This document shows positions 27,120 through 34,698 of a DNA stretch of 34,698 bases, piece after piece; the first letter of the stretch is position 1, and every line of letters starts with the position of its first letter. This DNA is from Gemmatimonadota bacterium (GTDB lineage Bacteria > Gemmatimonadota > Gemmatimonadetes > Longimicrobiales > RSA9): the NCBI GenBank assembly GCA_016207445.1, contig JACQPS010000220.1:1-34698 (forward strand). Reading direction: 5' to 3'. Under the pieces are notes generated by a model that searched no databases, was not told the DNA's origin, and saw nothing but the letters and a program-made list of their open reading frames with translations. The translations under genes were made by a program, and so were the position numbers.

Positions 27120-27713
27120 TCAGGGCAGCGGCGCCGTCGCCTGGAAGTCCTGCGCGGGCGGGGGCGCGAACTCGTAGAAATCCACGTACCGTTCCTGCTC
27201 CCGCTGCTTCTCCAGCCATTTCTCGAACCCCGAGTCCCTGAGGCCGTCCGAGCGGCTCTGCTTCTTGGCGGCGCGCACCGCCAGCCAGTTCGCGTACTCG
27301 TTCTGCGGGTGCCCCGCGTGCCCCCGGATCCAGCGCCAGTCCACCTGGTGGCGCCGCGTCGTTGCCACCAGCTCCTGCCACAGCTCCGTGTTCTCGACCG
27401 GGCCGCCCTTCCGCTTCCACCCCCGGCGGATCCACGCCGGCACCCACTCGCGCATCCCCTTGATCAGGTACTCGGAATCGGAGGTGAAGATGACGCGGCA
27501 CGGCGTCTTGAGCAGGCGCAGGCCTTCGCTCGCGCTCTGGAGCGCCATGCGGTTGTTGGTGGTGGCCGGCTCGCAGACACAGTAGTCGCGGCGCAGCCAG
27601 CGGCCGTCCTTCCAGTGCTCGATGAGTCCCGCCGCGCCGCCCGGCGAGTCGCGGTCGGTGAACTGCACGCCCAGGCACGATTCGTCGGCGTAGATCCAGA
27701 CGAGAGGGTTCAT
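27120..27713 (-). CDS. rnhA: Ribonuclease HI (atypical active site)
   Basis: IYADES, PGG, TTNNRM, TSDSEY, WIRRGWK, VENTELWQEL, WIRGHAGHPQNE. Confidence 0.88.
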   Translation of the reverse strand: MNPLVWIYADESCLGVQFTDRDSPGGAAGLIEHWKDGRWLRRDYCVCEPATTNNRMALQSASEGLRLLKTPCRVIFTSDSEYLIKGMREWVPAWIRRGWKRKGGPVENTELWQELVATTRRHQVDWRWIRGHAGHPQNEYANWLAVRAAKKQSRSDGLRDSGFEKWLEKQREQERYVDFYEFAPPPAQDFQATAPLP

Positions 27714-27823
27714 GTCGGGCAAAGGTCGACGCGTGGGTCCAGAAGCGCAAGCCGCGATCTTGCAGCGTCTGTGCAGCCAACGTAAATTGGCATCGGACTT
27801 TCGACTACAGAATCGGAGGCAGG

Positions 27824-28939
27824 TTGGCCGAAGCCGGCTACGTTCTCCTGGAAGACGGTCGGCAGCTCGGGGGCGAGTGCATGGGCGCGCCCGGGCTGGC
27901 GCTGGGCGAAGTCGTCTTCAACACCTCAATGACCGGCTACCAGGAGGTCCTGACCGATCCGTCCTACGCGGGACAGATCGTGACCATGACCTACCCGCTC
28001 ATCGGCAACTACGGCGTGAACGATCGGGACCAGGAGTCTGCCAAGCCGCAGGTCGCCGGGCTACTGGTCCGGGAGCTGGCGCGGCGCCACAGCAACTGGC
28101 GGGCGCAGGAGTCGCTGGAGGCCTACCTCACGCGCCACGGCGTCGTTGGACTGACGGGACTCGACACGCGCACGCTCACGCGCCACATCCGCTCCGCGGG
28201 TGCGATGCGGGCGGCGATCGCACCGGCCGAGCTGGCGCGCGACCAGGTCCTTGCGAGGATCCTCGACCACCCGCGCATGGAGGGCCTGGACCTCACGGGC
28301 CAGGTCACGACGCCGGAAGTCTACGAGGTCGCCGCGGTCGGCCCCGAGCGCTTCCAAGTCCTGGCTTACGACTTCGGCGTGAAGCACCACTCGCTCGAGC
28401 TGCTCGCCGCCCGCGGCTGCCGGGTCACGACGCTGCCGGCGCGCACGCCGGCGCGGGCGGTTCTGGAACAGGAGCCGGACGGATTGTTCCTGTCCAACGG
28501 CCCGGGCGACCCGGAGGCGGTCGAGCACGCGCTCGAGACGATCCGGCTGGCGGCGGGGCAGGGGATTCCGGTCTTCGGCATCTGCCTGGGGCACCAGCTC
28601 GTGGCCCGCGCCTTCGGCGGCGGCACCTTCAAGCTGCTGTACGGGCACCGGGGCGGGAACCACCCGGTCCGGCGACTCGAGGACGGCGCGGTGGAGATCA
28701 CGTCACAGAACCACGGCTTTGCCGTGCGCGCGGGGGCGGGCACTTCCGTCGAGGGAGCGCCCAGCCTCGAGGTCACGCACCTGAACCTGAACGACGGCAC
28801 CATCGAGGGGCTCGCCCACCGCGAGCTGCCCGTCTTCAGCGTCCAGTATCACCCGGAGGCCGCACCCGGGCCTCACGATTCACGTTACCTCTTCGACCGT
28901 TTCGTGAGCGCGCTGAAAAAGGCCGGCGGAGAGTCTTGA
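27824..28939 (+). CDS. carA: Carbamoyl-phosphate synthase small subunit
   Basis: GEVVFNTSMTGYQEVLTDPSY, LSNGPGDP, GICLGHQ, QYHPEAAPGPHD. Confidence 0.97.
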   Translation: MAEAGYVLLEDGRQLGGECMGAPGLALGEVVFNTSMTGYQEVLTDPSYAGQIVTMTYPLIGNYGVNDRDQESAKPQVAGLLVRELARRHSNWRAQESLEAYLTRHGVVGLTGLDTRTLTRHIRSAGAMRAAIAPAELARDQVLARILDHPRMEGLDLTGQVTTPEVYEVAAVGPERFQVLAYDFGVKHHSLELLAARGCRVTTLPARTPARAVLEQEPDGLFLSNGPGDPEAVEHALETIRLAAGQGIPVFGICLGHQLVARAFGGGTFKLLYGHRGGNHPVRRLEDGAVEITSQNHGFAVRAGAGTSVEGAPSLEVTHLNLNDGTIEGLAHRELPVFSVQYHPEAAPGPHDSRYLFDRFVSALKKAGGES

Positions 28940-28964
28940 CTTACCAGAACGCGCGGCGTAAGCT
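28936..28964 (+). promoter_or_regulatory. Sigma70-type promoter of sppA-HU
   Basis: TTGACT-N17-TAAGCT. Confidence 0.55.
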
Positions 28965-29013
28965 ATACCCCCGTCACTTATCGAGATAGACCGATACACG
29001 GCGGTGACTTCGC

Positions 29014-29916
29014 GTGTCCCGGCGTACCCTCCTCGTTGCGCTCGCGGTAGGCGCGGCTGCACTTATGACGTTGGCGGGCCTGATCTTGGCCGTCATCGTC
29101 TCCCTCGGCGATACCGACCGGTTCGCTTTCGGGGGTCGCGTCGCACTGCTCAAGGTCGAGGGTCTGATCGCGGACGACGAAGAGTTCCTGGAGCAGCTCC
29201 GGCGCTTCCGCCGCGATGCCTCCGTCAAAGGGTTCGTCCTCGCGATCAATTCGCCGGGTGGCGTCGTCGGGCCGTCTCAGAGCCTGTACCGGGAGGTCAG
29301 AAAGCTGCGCGAGGAGGACGACCGCCCGATCATCGCCTCGATCGGCGCCGTCGGTGCCTCGGGCGGTTACTATGTGGCGCTGGCCGCCGACTCGATCTTC
29401 GCGCTGCCGGGCTCGATCACCGGTTCCATCGGCGTGATCATGGAGTTCCCGGACGTGAGCGGTCTGCTCGGCAAAGTAGGGGTTGAGGTCGCGGTGGTTA
29501 AGAGCGCGGAGCACAAGGACATAGGCTCTCCGTTCCGCCACCTCTCGCCGGAGGACCGGCAGATCATCGGCGCGCTGGTCGAAGACGTCTACCAGCAGTT
29601 CGTCGAGGTGGTGGTGCAGGAGCGCCGCCTCCCACCCGCCGAGGTGCAGTCGATCGCTGACGGGCGGATCCTGTCGGGGCGGCAGGCGTTGCAGCACGGA
29701 CTGGTGGACCGCATCGGGAACGTGCAGGACGCCGTGGCGGCGGTGGGGCGGATGACCGGGCTGGGTGAAGACCCGCGCGTGGTGCGCCCGAAGGAAGAGG
29801 AGTTCACGCTGTTGGATCTGCTGCTGGGCCGCGGCGCGGCGGCGGTGCTGTCCCGGGTCGCGCAGCCGCTGGAGGAACACGCGGGCCCTCGGTTGAAGTT
29901 CGTCGTTCCTCACTGA
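29014..29916 (+). CDS. sppA: Signal peptide peptidase SppA (S49)
   Basis: INSPGG, ASGGYYVA, TGSIGV, ADGRILSGRQA...GLVD. Confidence 0.93.
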   Translation: MSRRTLLVALAVGAAALMTLAGLILAVIVSLGDTDRFAFGGRVALLKVEGLIADDEEFLEQLRRFRRDASVKGFVLAINSPGGVVGPSQSLYREVRKLREEDDRPIIASIGAVGASGGYYVALAADSIFALPGSITGSIGVIMEFPDVSGLLGKVGVEVAVVKSAEHKDIGSPFRHLSPEDRQIIGALVEDVYQQFVEVVVQERRLPPAEVQSIADGRILSGRQALQHGLVDRIGNVQDAVAAVGRMTGLGEDPRVVRPKEEEFTLLDLLLGRGAAAVLSRVAQPLEEHAGPRLKFVVPH

Positions 29917-29975
29917 GATCGCGGGAGCGCAGCTCCCAACAAACCAAACCCAGAGTTGCACTGGATGGAGGCGTC

Positions 29976-30275
29976 ATGACCAAAGCCGACCTCGTCGAGC
30001 AAGTGGCCAGCGCGATCGGCCCGGGGATCACGAAGAAGGACTGCGCTCTCGTAGTCGACGGACTTCTCAACGCGGTCAAGAACGCGCTTTCGGATCACCA
30101 CAACATCGAGATCCGCGGCTTCGGCACGTTCAAGGTGCGCAGGCGCAAGTCGCGCATGGCCCGGAATCCTCGCACCGGGGACGCGGTGGAAGTCCCCGCG
30201 CGCGCGGTTCCGATCTTCAAGCCATCCAAGGACCTGCGCGTCCAGGTCTCGGATCGCAAGAAGGTCAGGGTCTGA
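29976..30275 (+). CDS. HU/IHF family DNA-binding protein (IHF-beta-like)
   Basis: MTKADL, IEIRGFGTF, ARNPRTG, PIFKPSK; GGAGG RBS. Confidence 0.93.
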   Translation: MTKADLVEQVASAIGPGITKKDCALVVDGLLNAVKNALSDHHNIEIRGFGTFKVRRRKSRMARNPRTGDAVEVPARAVPIFKPSKDLRVQVSDRKKVRV

Positions 30276-30297
30276 GCCTCCGTCACAATCCGGGCAG

Positions 30298-30341
30298 GCG
30301 CCCCACCCCGATCCGTCGGGGCTCGGGGCGCTTTGCGTTTT
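30298..30341 (+). terminator. Intrinsic terminator
   Basis: GCGCCCC-A-CCCCGA-TCCG-TCGGGG-CTC-GGGGCGC followed by TTTGCGTTTT. Confidence 0.75.
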
Positions 30342-30448
30342 CTTAAACGTTGGTTCTACAGGAAATGGAGTGGGTCGATGTGGCTTCTGAGGACCGAGCC
30401 GAGGGTTCACTGCGGGCGCAGGCGCGGGCGCGGGCGTGGGCATGAGCC

Positions 30449-30477
30449 TTAACGTTTGTTCCGCCCGCAGCGTCTGA
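30449..30477 (+). promoter_or_regulatory. Candidate autoregulatory ECF promoter
   Basis: TTAAC-N17-CGTCTGA matches the common ECF AAC/CGT pattern, immediately upstream of the ECF gene. Confidence 0.5.
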
Positions 30478-30481
30478 GTCG

Positions 30482-31054
30482 GTGGTGAGCGGATTGGCTA
30501 TTCCTGGGGCGGGCCGCCCGATGCCCGAGGAGGACGCAGAGGTTCTGGCCCGCGCCCGCGCCGGTGACCCCGCCGCACTCGAGGTTCTGGTCGCGCGTCA
30601 CCTGAGCGACGTCTACGACGTGGCAGCGCGAGTGCTGGGCGACCGCGATCTGGCGCGGGACGCGGCGCAAGACGCCTTCGTCAACGCGCTGGGCGCACTG
30701 GACCGCTTCCGCGGCGACGCGAGCTTCCGGACCTGGCTGTTGCGGATCGCCGTGAACGCGGCCCGCTCGCTCGCCCGCCGCGAGGCGCGCCGGCGCGAGG
30801 TCTCGTTGCTTGCGGTGGATGGGCTGCCGGACGGCGGCCCGGACCCGGCAGCGCAGACGTCGCTGCGAGCCGAAGCGGGTCGGGTCGAGGCAGTGCTGGC
30901 TCGACTGCCGGAAAAGCAGCGCCTTGCAGTCACGCTGCGGGTGTACCAGGGATTGAGCTTTCGGGATGTCGGTGAGGCGATCGGGTGCTCGGAAGGCGCG
31001 GCACGCGTGAACTACCACCACGGGATCAAGCGGCTGAGGGAGCTGCTCCGATGA
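30482..31054 (+). CDS. ECF RNA polymerase sigma factor
   Basis: Region 2 (DAAQDAF, FRTWLLRIAVN) and region 4 (LPEKQRLAVTLR...LSFRDVG). Start may be 30482, 30485 or 30521. Confidence 0.9.
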   Translation: MVSGLAIPGAGRPMPEEDAEVLARARAGDPAALEVLVARHLSDVYDVAARVLGDRDLARDAAQDAFVNALGALDRFRGDASFRTWLLRIAVNAARSLARREARRREVSLLAVDGLPDGGPDPAAQTSLRAEAGRVEAVLARLPEKQRLAVTLRVYQGLSFRDVGEAIGCSEGAARVNYHHGIKRLRELLR

Positions 31055-31515
31055 AGCGACCCTGCGACGAAATTCGTGACGTCCTGCCCACTGTCGTGTC
31101 GGGCCGGGCCGAACCCGCTACCGAGCAGGCGGTGCAGGCGCACCTGGCAGGCTGTGAGGCGTGCCGAGCCGAGGCCGAGCTGATCGCGCTGCTGCGCCGA
31201 CACCCTGTCGCGGTCCCCAACGGGCTCGAAGAGCAGGTGCTGCTCGCGGCCGCGGGGCCGCGCCAGCGGCGCGCTAGCCGCGGGTTCCTGCCGCAGCTCG
31301 TGGCGGTCGCGGCGGCCGTCGTGCTGACCGTGCTCGGCATTCGCCTCGTGCGCGTGGCGGAGCCCGAACCCTCGCCCGTGGCCGGGTTCATGGACACGCC
31401 CTTCCAGGCCTTCGGGCCGTGGGCGGGTTCCGGCGCCTTCACCCCCGGCAGTGTCGTTCTGGAGGAGTTGACGGAGGAGCAACTCGAGTTGCTTCTGGCG
31501 GAGATGGAATCATGA
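31051..31515 (+). CDS. Zinc-binding anti-sigma factor (zf-HC2)
   Basis: ATGA overlap with the sigma gene; HLAGCEAC (HxxxCxxC); single TM. Confidence 0.85.
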   Translation: MKRPCDEIRDVLPTVVSGRAEPATEQAVQAHLAGCEACRAEAELIALLRRHPVAVPNGLEEQVLLAAAGPRQRRASRGFLPQLVAVAAAVVLTVLGIRLVRVAEPEPSPVAGFMDTPFQAFGPWAGSGAFTPGSVVLEELTEEQLELLLAEMES

Positions 31516-32042
31516 CGCGCAGCGCACCGGTGTTCTTGCTTGCCCTCGGTTTTCTGCTGCCGGCCCCCGTGCGGGCGCAGGATCCGGAGGCCCGACGCGC
31601 GCAGCTCGAGGCGGAGGTCTTCGAGCGTTTCCTGAATCGCACCGCCGAAGAGCTGCAGCTCGACGAGTCCGGCCGGGCGCGGCTGGAGAAGACGCTGCGC
31701 CAGGCGGGGCAGCGGCGCCGCGAGCTGGGCGGCCAGTGGCGCGACCTGCGCCAGCACCTGATCGAAGCCGTGCGCGACTCCTCTACCAGCGAGGCCGAGT
31801 TTGCCCGGCTACTCAACGAGCTGACCGCGCTGCGCGCGCGCGACTACGAGCTGTGGCGCGACGAGCAGAAAGCGCTCGCCGACGTGCTGAATCCGCGCCA
31901 GCGCGCACAGTTCGCCGTGCTGTTCCTGCGCTTCAACGAGCGACTTCAGGAGATGCGGTTTCGCCGCGCCGGGCCGGGAGACCGGCCTGTGGCGCCGTTC
32001 CGCCGCCCGGACGGCCTTCAGCGGCCGCCGCGGCGCCCGTGA
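31512..32042 (+). CDS. Periplasmic Spy/CpxP-like helical protein
   Basis: Signal peptide (VRA-Q), EELQLD and VLNPRQRAQF motifs; typical third gene of ECF operons. Confidence 0.7.
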   Translation: MTRSAPVFLLALGFLLPAPVRAQDPEARRAQLEAEVFERFLNRTAEELQLDESGRARLEKTLRQAGQRRRELGGQWRDLRQHLIEAVRDSSTSEAEFARLLNELTALRARDYELWRDEQKALADVLNPRQRAQFAVLFLRFNERLQEMRFRRAGPGDRPVAPFRRPDGLQRPPRRP

Positions 32043-32082
32043 CGAGAGGACCATTCGCAGCGAGGGCATGGCCAGACGAATC

Positions 32083-32167
32083 TCACGCGGAGGCGCGGAG
32101 CTGAACGGCGAGAACACTCTTTGAATTTGTTCTCGATTTCCTCCGCGTTCTCCGCGTCTCTGTGTGA
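32083..32167. repeat. REP-like inverted repeat
   Basis: TCACGCGGAGGCGCGGAG ... CTCCGCGTCTCTGTGTGA with an inner CGAGAACA/TGTTCTCG stem; related to the arms at 21746-21880. Confidence 0.65.
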
Positions 32168-32205
32168 ATAGAAGTGCCAGAGCCAACGCACGGCCCGCCA
32201 GCAGC

Positions 32206-32234
32206 TTGCTCCTCCCGAGTTCCGCTCCTACTTT
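32206..32234 (+). promoter_or_regulatory. Sigma70-type promoter, probably leaderless moaD transcript
   Basis: TTGCTC-N17-TACTTT; the ATG follows 7 nt later and there is no RBS. Confidence 0.55.
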
Positions 32235-32241
32235 GCGCCAC

Positions 32242-32487
32242 ATGCGGATCCGCCTTCTCCTCTTCGCGCTCTACCGTGACCTGGCCGGTGCGGGCGAGCT
32301 CGAACTCGAGCTGCCCGCGGGCGCGACCGCGGCCACGCTGGTCGACGCGGTTCGGCGCCGTGGCGGCGGGCTCGGCCGGCTGCCGGAGACGCCCGTCGTC
32401 GCCGTGAATCAGGAGTACGCGCCGCTCGAGACGCCGCTGCGGGAAGGCGACGAGGTCGCGCTGCTGCCGCCGGTCGCCGGAGGCTGA
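32242..32487 (+). CDS. moaD: Molybdopterin synthase sulfur carrier subunit
   Basis: LFA...VAVNQEY...GDEVALLPPVAGG C-terminal di-Gly. Confidence 0.93.
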   Translation: MRIRLLLFALYRDLAGAGELELELPAGATAATLVDAVRRRGGGLGRLPETPVVAVNQEYAPLETPLREGDEVALLPPVAGG

Positions 32488-32513
32488 TCACGCGGAGCCG
32501 CGGAGGCACGGAG
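32488..32513 (+). repeat. Single REP-like arm between moaD and moaE
   Basis: TCACGCGGAGCCGCGGAGGCACGGAG, a near copy of 32083-32100. Confidence 0.55.
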
Positions 32514-32518
32514 AACCC

Positions 32519-32962
32519 ATGCACGTCTCGCTCACGCAGTCGCCCATCGACCCCTCCGCCGTGCTGGAGCTCGTGGGCAGTCCGGCCGATGGCGCGGTGC
32601 TGCTCTTCCTGGGCACCGTGCGCGAGCAGAACCAGGGGCAACCCGTGTCGGGGCTGCGCTACGAAGCCTACGAGAAGATGGCCGAGGACGTGCTGCGCGC
32701 GATCGTCGAGGAGGCCGCCGGAAAGCTGGGCACGCGGCGCATCGCGGTGGTGCACCGCACGGGAGAGCTCGCCATTGGCGACGTCAGCGTCGCCATCGCC
32801 GTCTCCAGCCCGCACCGCGCCGAGGCGTTCGACGCCTGCCGCTACCTCATCGAGGAGCTGAAGGTGCGCCTTCCCATCTGGAAGCACGAGCAGTACGTGG
32901 ACGGGGAGGCGAGATGGCTGGAAGGGAAGGCGCCACCCATGCCGCAATCCGCAGGTCCGTAG
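32519..32962 (+). CDS. moaE: Molybdopterin synthase catalytic subunit
   Basis: GAVLLFLGTVR, LRYEAY, HRTGEL, SSPHR, LPIWKHE. Confidence 0.95.
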   Translation: MHVSLTQSPIDPSAVLELVGSPADGAVLLFLGTVREQNQGQPVSGLRYEAYEKMAEDVLRAIVEEAAGKLGTRRIAVVHRTGELAIGDVSVAIAVSSPHRAEAFDACRYLIEELKVRLPIWKHEQYVDGEARWLEGKAPPMPQSAGP

Positions 32963-33007
32963 CCCCGATCCTCCTCACGCCGCCCCCTCACCGCAGACCC
33001 CTCGCCC

Positions 33008-33055
33008 TTGCCCCCGCGGATCGCCCGCCGTAACATTCGCACGTGCGTGCGAATG
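33008..33055 (+). promoter_or_regulatory. Promoter with overlapping ArsR/SmtB-type operator
   Basis: TTGCCC-N17-TAACAT; a perfect 10-2-10 dyad CATTCGCACG-TG-CGTGCGAATG (33034-33055) overlaps -10/+1. Confidence 0.7.
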
Positions 33056-33060
33056 AAACC

Positions 33061-33450
33061 GTGAGCGCGCGACCCGGGCTGGAGGTCTGCACCGCCCCCT
33101 GCTTCAACCAGGAGCTGGTGAGGCGGCTGCGCGCGCACCTGCCGGCGGAAGACGAGCTGGAGCGGGCGCGGGCAGTGTTCGCGGGTCTGGCCGATCCCTG
33201 GCGTCTGAGGATCGTGCGGGCGCTGGCGATGGCCGAGGAGCTGTGTGTGTGCGATGTGGCGCACGTGCTGGGTACGACCGTGTCCACGGCCTCGCATCAC
33301 CTGCGGCGGCTTCGGCGGCTGGGTCTGCTGCGCTACCGGAGTGACGGGAAGATGGTCTACTACTCGCTGCGCGACGGTCTGGCCGCGGAGCTCGTGCGGC
33401 AGGTCCTGGCCCTGGAGGGGAGGCGCGGGCATGCCCGGAGGGGAGCGTAG
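33061..33450 (+). CDS. ArsR/SmtB family metalloregulator (CadC-like)
   Basis: N-terminal CTAPC, FAGLADPWRLRI, ELCVCD, ASHHLRRL, DGKMVYYSL. Start 33043 or 33061. Confidence 0.88.
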   Translation: MSARPGLEVCTAPCFNQELVRRLRAHLPAEDELERARAVFAGLADPWRLRIVRALAMAEELCVCDVAHVLGTTVSTASHHLRRLRRLGLLRYRSDGKMVYYSLRDGLAAELVRQVLALEGRRGHARRGA

Positions 33451-33757
33451 GCTGCCTGCTCTCGCGTGCAGCCTCCACGGCCCGGCGGACGTGGCTCTTC
33501 GGCGCAGCTTGATTCGCGAGCTACGCCACGCTGCGGACCGAGTCGAGGAACTCGGGGACGGTTACGCGCTGCGGCTCTCGGGCGATGTCGCGTCGTGCCG
33601 GAAGGCCATGGAATTCATCCTATTCGAGCGGGGCTGCTGTCCGTTTCTGCGCTTCGAGCTGGAGTTCGAGCCCGGCGGTCCACTCTGGTTGCGGATCCGA
33701 GGCCCCGAGGGCGCGAAGGAGTTCATCGCGGCGGAAGCGAGGGCGGCCGAGCAGTGA
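33431..33757 (+). CDS. Conserved hypothetical Cys-motif protein (ACSL...ERxCCPF)
   Basis: GGAGG RBS; vicinal CC motif; overlaps both neighbours. Confidence 0.7.
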   Translation: MPGGERRLPALACSLHGPADVALRRSLIRELRHAADRVEELGDGYALRLSGDVASCRKAMEFILFERGCCPFLRFELEFEPGGPLWLRIRGPEGAKEFIAAEARAAEQ

Positions 33758-34698
33758 GCGCCACGGGTTGGCTCCTCGAGGTCGTCAGCGGCGCGCGCGA
33801 GTTCGTCCATCTGCTGCTCGAGGTGGCCCCGTTCTTCTTGCTGGGGGCGCTCGCGGGCGCGGCCGTGCAGGTATTCGTACCCGAGCAGCGGGCGGCGCGT
33901 CTGCTCGGAGGCAGCAACCCCCGCGCTCTCTTCACCGCCGTGGCCGCGGGCGCGATGCTGCCCGGCTGCTCGTGTGCGACCATCCCGATGGCTGCCGGAT
34001 TGAGCAGCGCCGGCAGTCCGCGGCTGGGCACGGTCGCGGCGTTCATCTTGGTGTCGCCGCTCCTGAGCCCCGTCACGGTGGTGCTGACCTGGGGGATGAT
34101 CGGCTGGGAGATGACGGTCGCCCGGACGGCGGCCGCGTTGACCGGAAGCGTCGTGCTCGGCGTCGTCATCAACCGGTACGAGCGCTGGTTCCGGGTTGGG
34201 CTGTCTCGGCGCGTGAGCTCCGCGCCAGTCGCGGCGGGGCGAAACGGTCGCGACGTGTGCCGGCCGGAGCATGACTGCGCGTGCTCCGAGCCGAGGCCTC
34301 GCTTCTGGCCTGCATTGCGCTCCCTGCTGCGCCAGATCACGCCGTATTTCCTGCTCGGTCTCTTCATTGCCGCCGCGCTGTCGGCCATGCTCCCGGCGAA
34401 TGCGCTCCCGCAGGTGCTGGGCGGATCGGCGGGTGCGGCCGCCTACGCATTGGCCGCCCTGGTCGGCATTCCGTTGTATGTATGCGAGGGCGAGGAGGTG
34501 CCGATCACGTTCGCGCTGCTCGGCCGAGGCCTCGGGCCGGGCCCCTCGCTTACTTTCCTCCTGGGATCGGTAGGCACGTGCATCCCCACGATGCTCATGG
34601 CGCGCGACATCCTGGGCCAGCGCGCGACCGTATTCTATCTCGCCTACTGGTCCGTGTTCGCCATCGGGTCGGGTGTGCTGTTGCAGCTCCTGCTCGGC
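33754..34698 (+). CDS. ArsP/DUF318-type permease (runs off the window end)
   Basis: Own translation from GTG 33754 (GTGA overlap): APFFLLG...LPGCSCATIP...AFILVSPLLSP...GIPLYVCEGEEVPI. No stop before 34698, so it is absent from the ORF track. Confidence 0.85.
   Translation, partial: MSATGWLLEVVSGAREFVHLLLEVAPFFLLGALAGAAVQVFVPEQRAARLLGGSNPRALFTAVAAGAMLPGCSCATIPMAAGLSSAGSPRLGTVAAFILVSPLLSPVTVVLTWGMIGWEMTVARTAAALTGSVVLGVVINRYERWFRVGLSRRVSSAPVAAGRNGRDVCRPEHDCACSEPRPRFWPALRSLLRQITPYFLLGLFIAAALSAMLPANALPQVLGGSAGAAAYALAALVGIPLYVCEGEEVPITFALLGRGLGPGPSLTFLLGSVGTCIPTMLMARDILGQRATVFYLAYWSVFAIGSGVLLQLLLG

Noticed and set aside
26755-27177. 140-aa plus-strand ORF over the candidate RNA
   Set aside because: No RBS, low-complexity Arg/Gly/Ala composition, runs through a terminator and overlaps rnhA.

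Overview
GC-rich bacterial chromosome window. Gene order and protein style suggest Gemmatimonadota, which is an inference. The left ~16 kb (all minus strand) is an accessory redox island. It encodes two cytochrome-porin fusions (one with the Cyc2-type N-terminal signature), a diheme cytochrome c, a monoheme lipoprotein and an 8+1-heme lipoprotein cytochrome. It also encodes a tandem di-cupredoxin lipoprotein, two amicyanin-loop cupredoxin fusions, TonB, a CopD-like protein, a sigma54 two-component system and a NarX-like sensor with no output domain. Together these look like an undescribed copper/heme extracellular electron-transfer module. The right ~18 kb is mostly housekeeping: comF-gap-(Zn ribbon, hydrolase)-pgk-tpiA-secG, 2-oxoacid dehydrogenase E1a/E1b/E2-lipB, rnhA, carA, sppA-HU/IHF, ECF sigma/anti-sigma/Spy-like, moaD-moaE and a CadC-like metal operon cut by the window end. 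Between lipB and rnhA lies a ~310-nt ORF-less unit with a sigma70-like promoter, six hairpin domains, two candidate pseudoknots and a terminator. It is a candidate novel structured ncRNA. All calls come from reading motifs by eye; no database searches were run.
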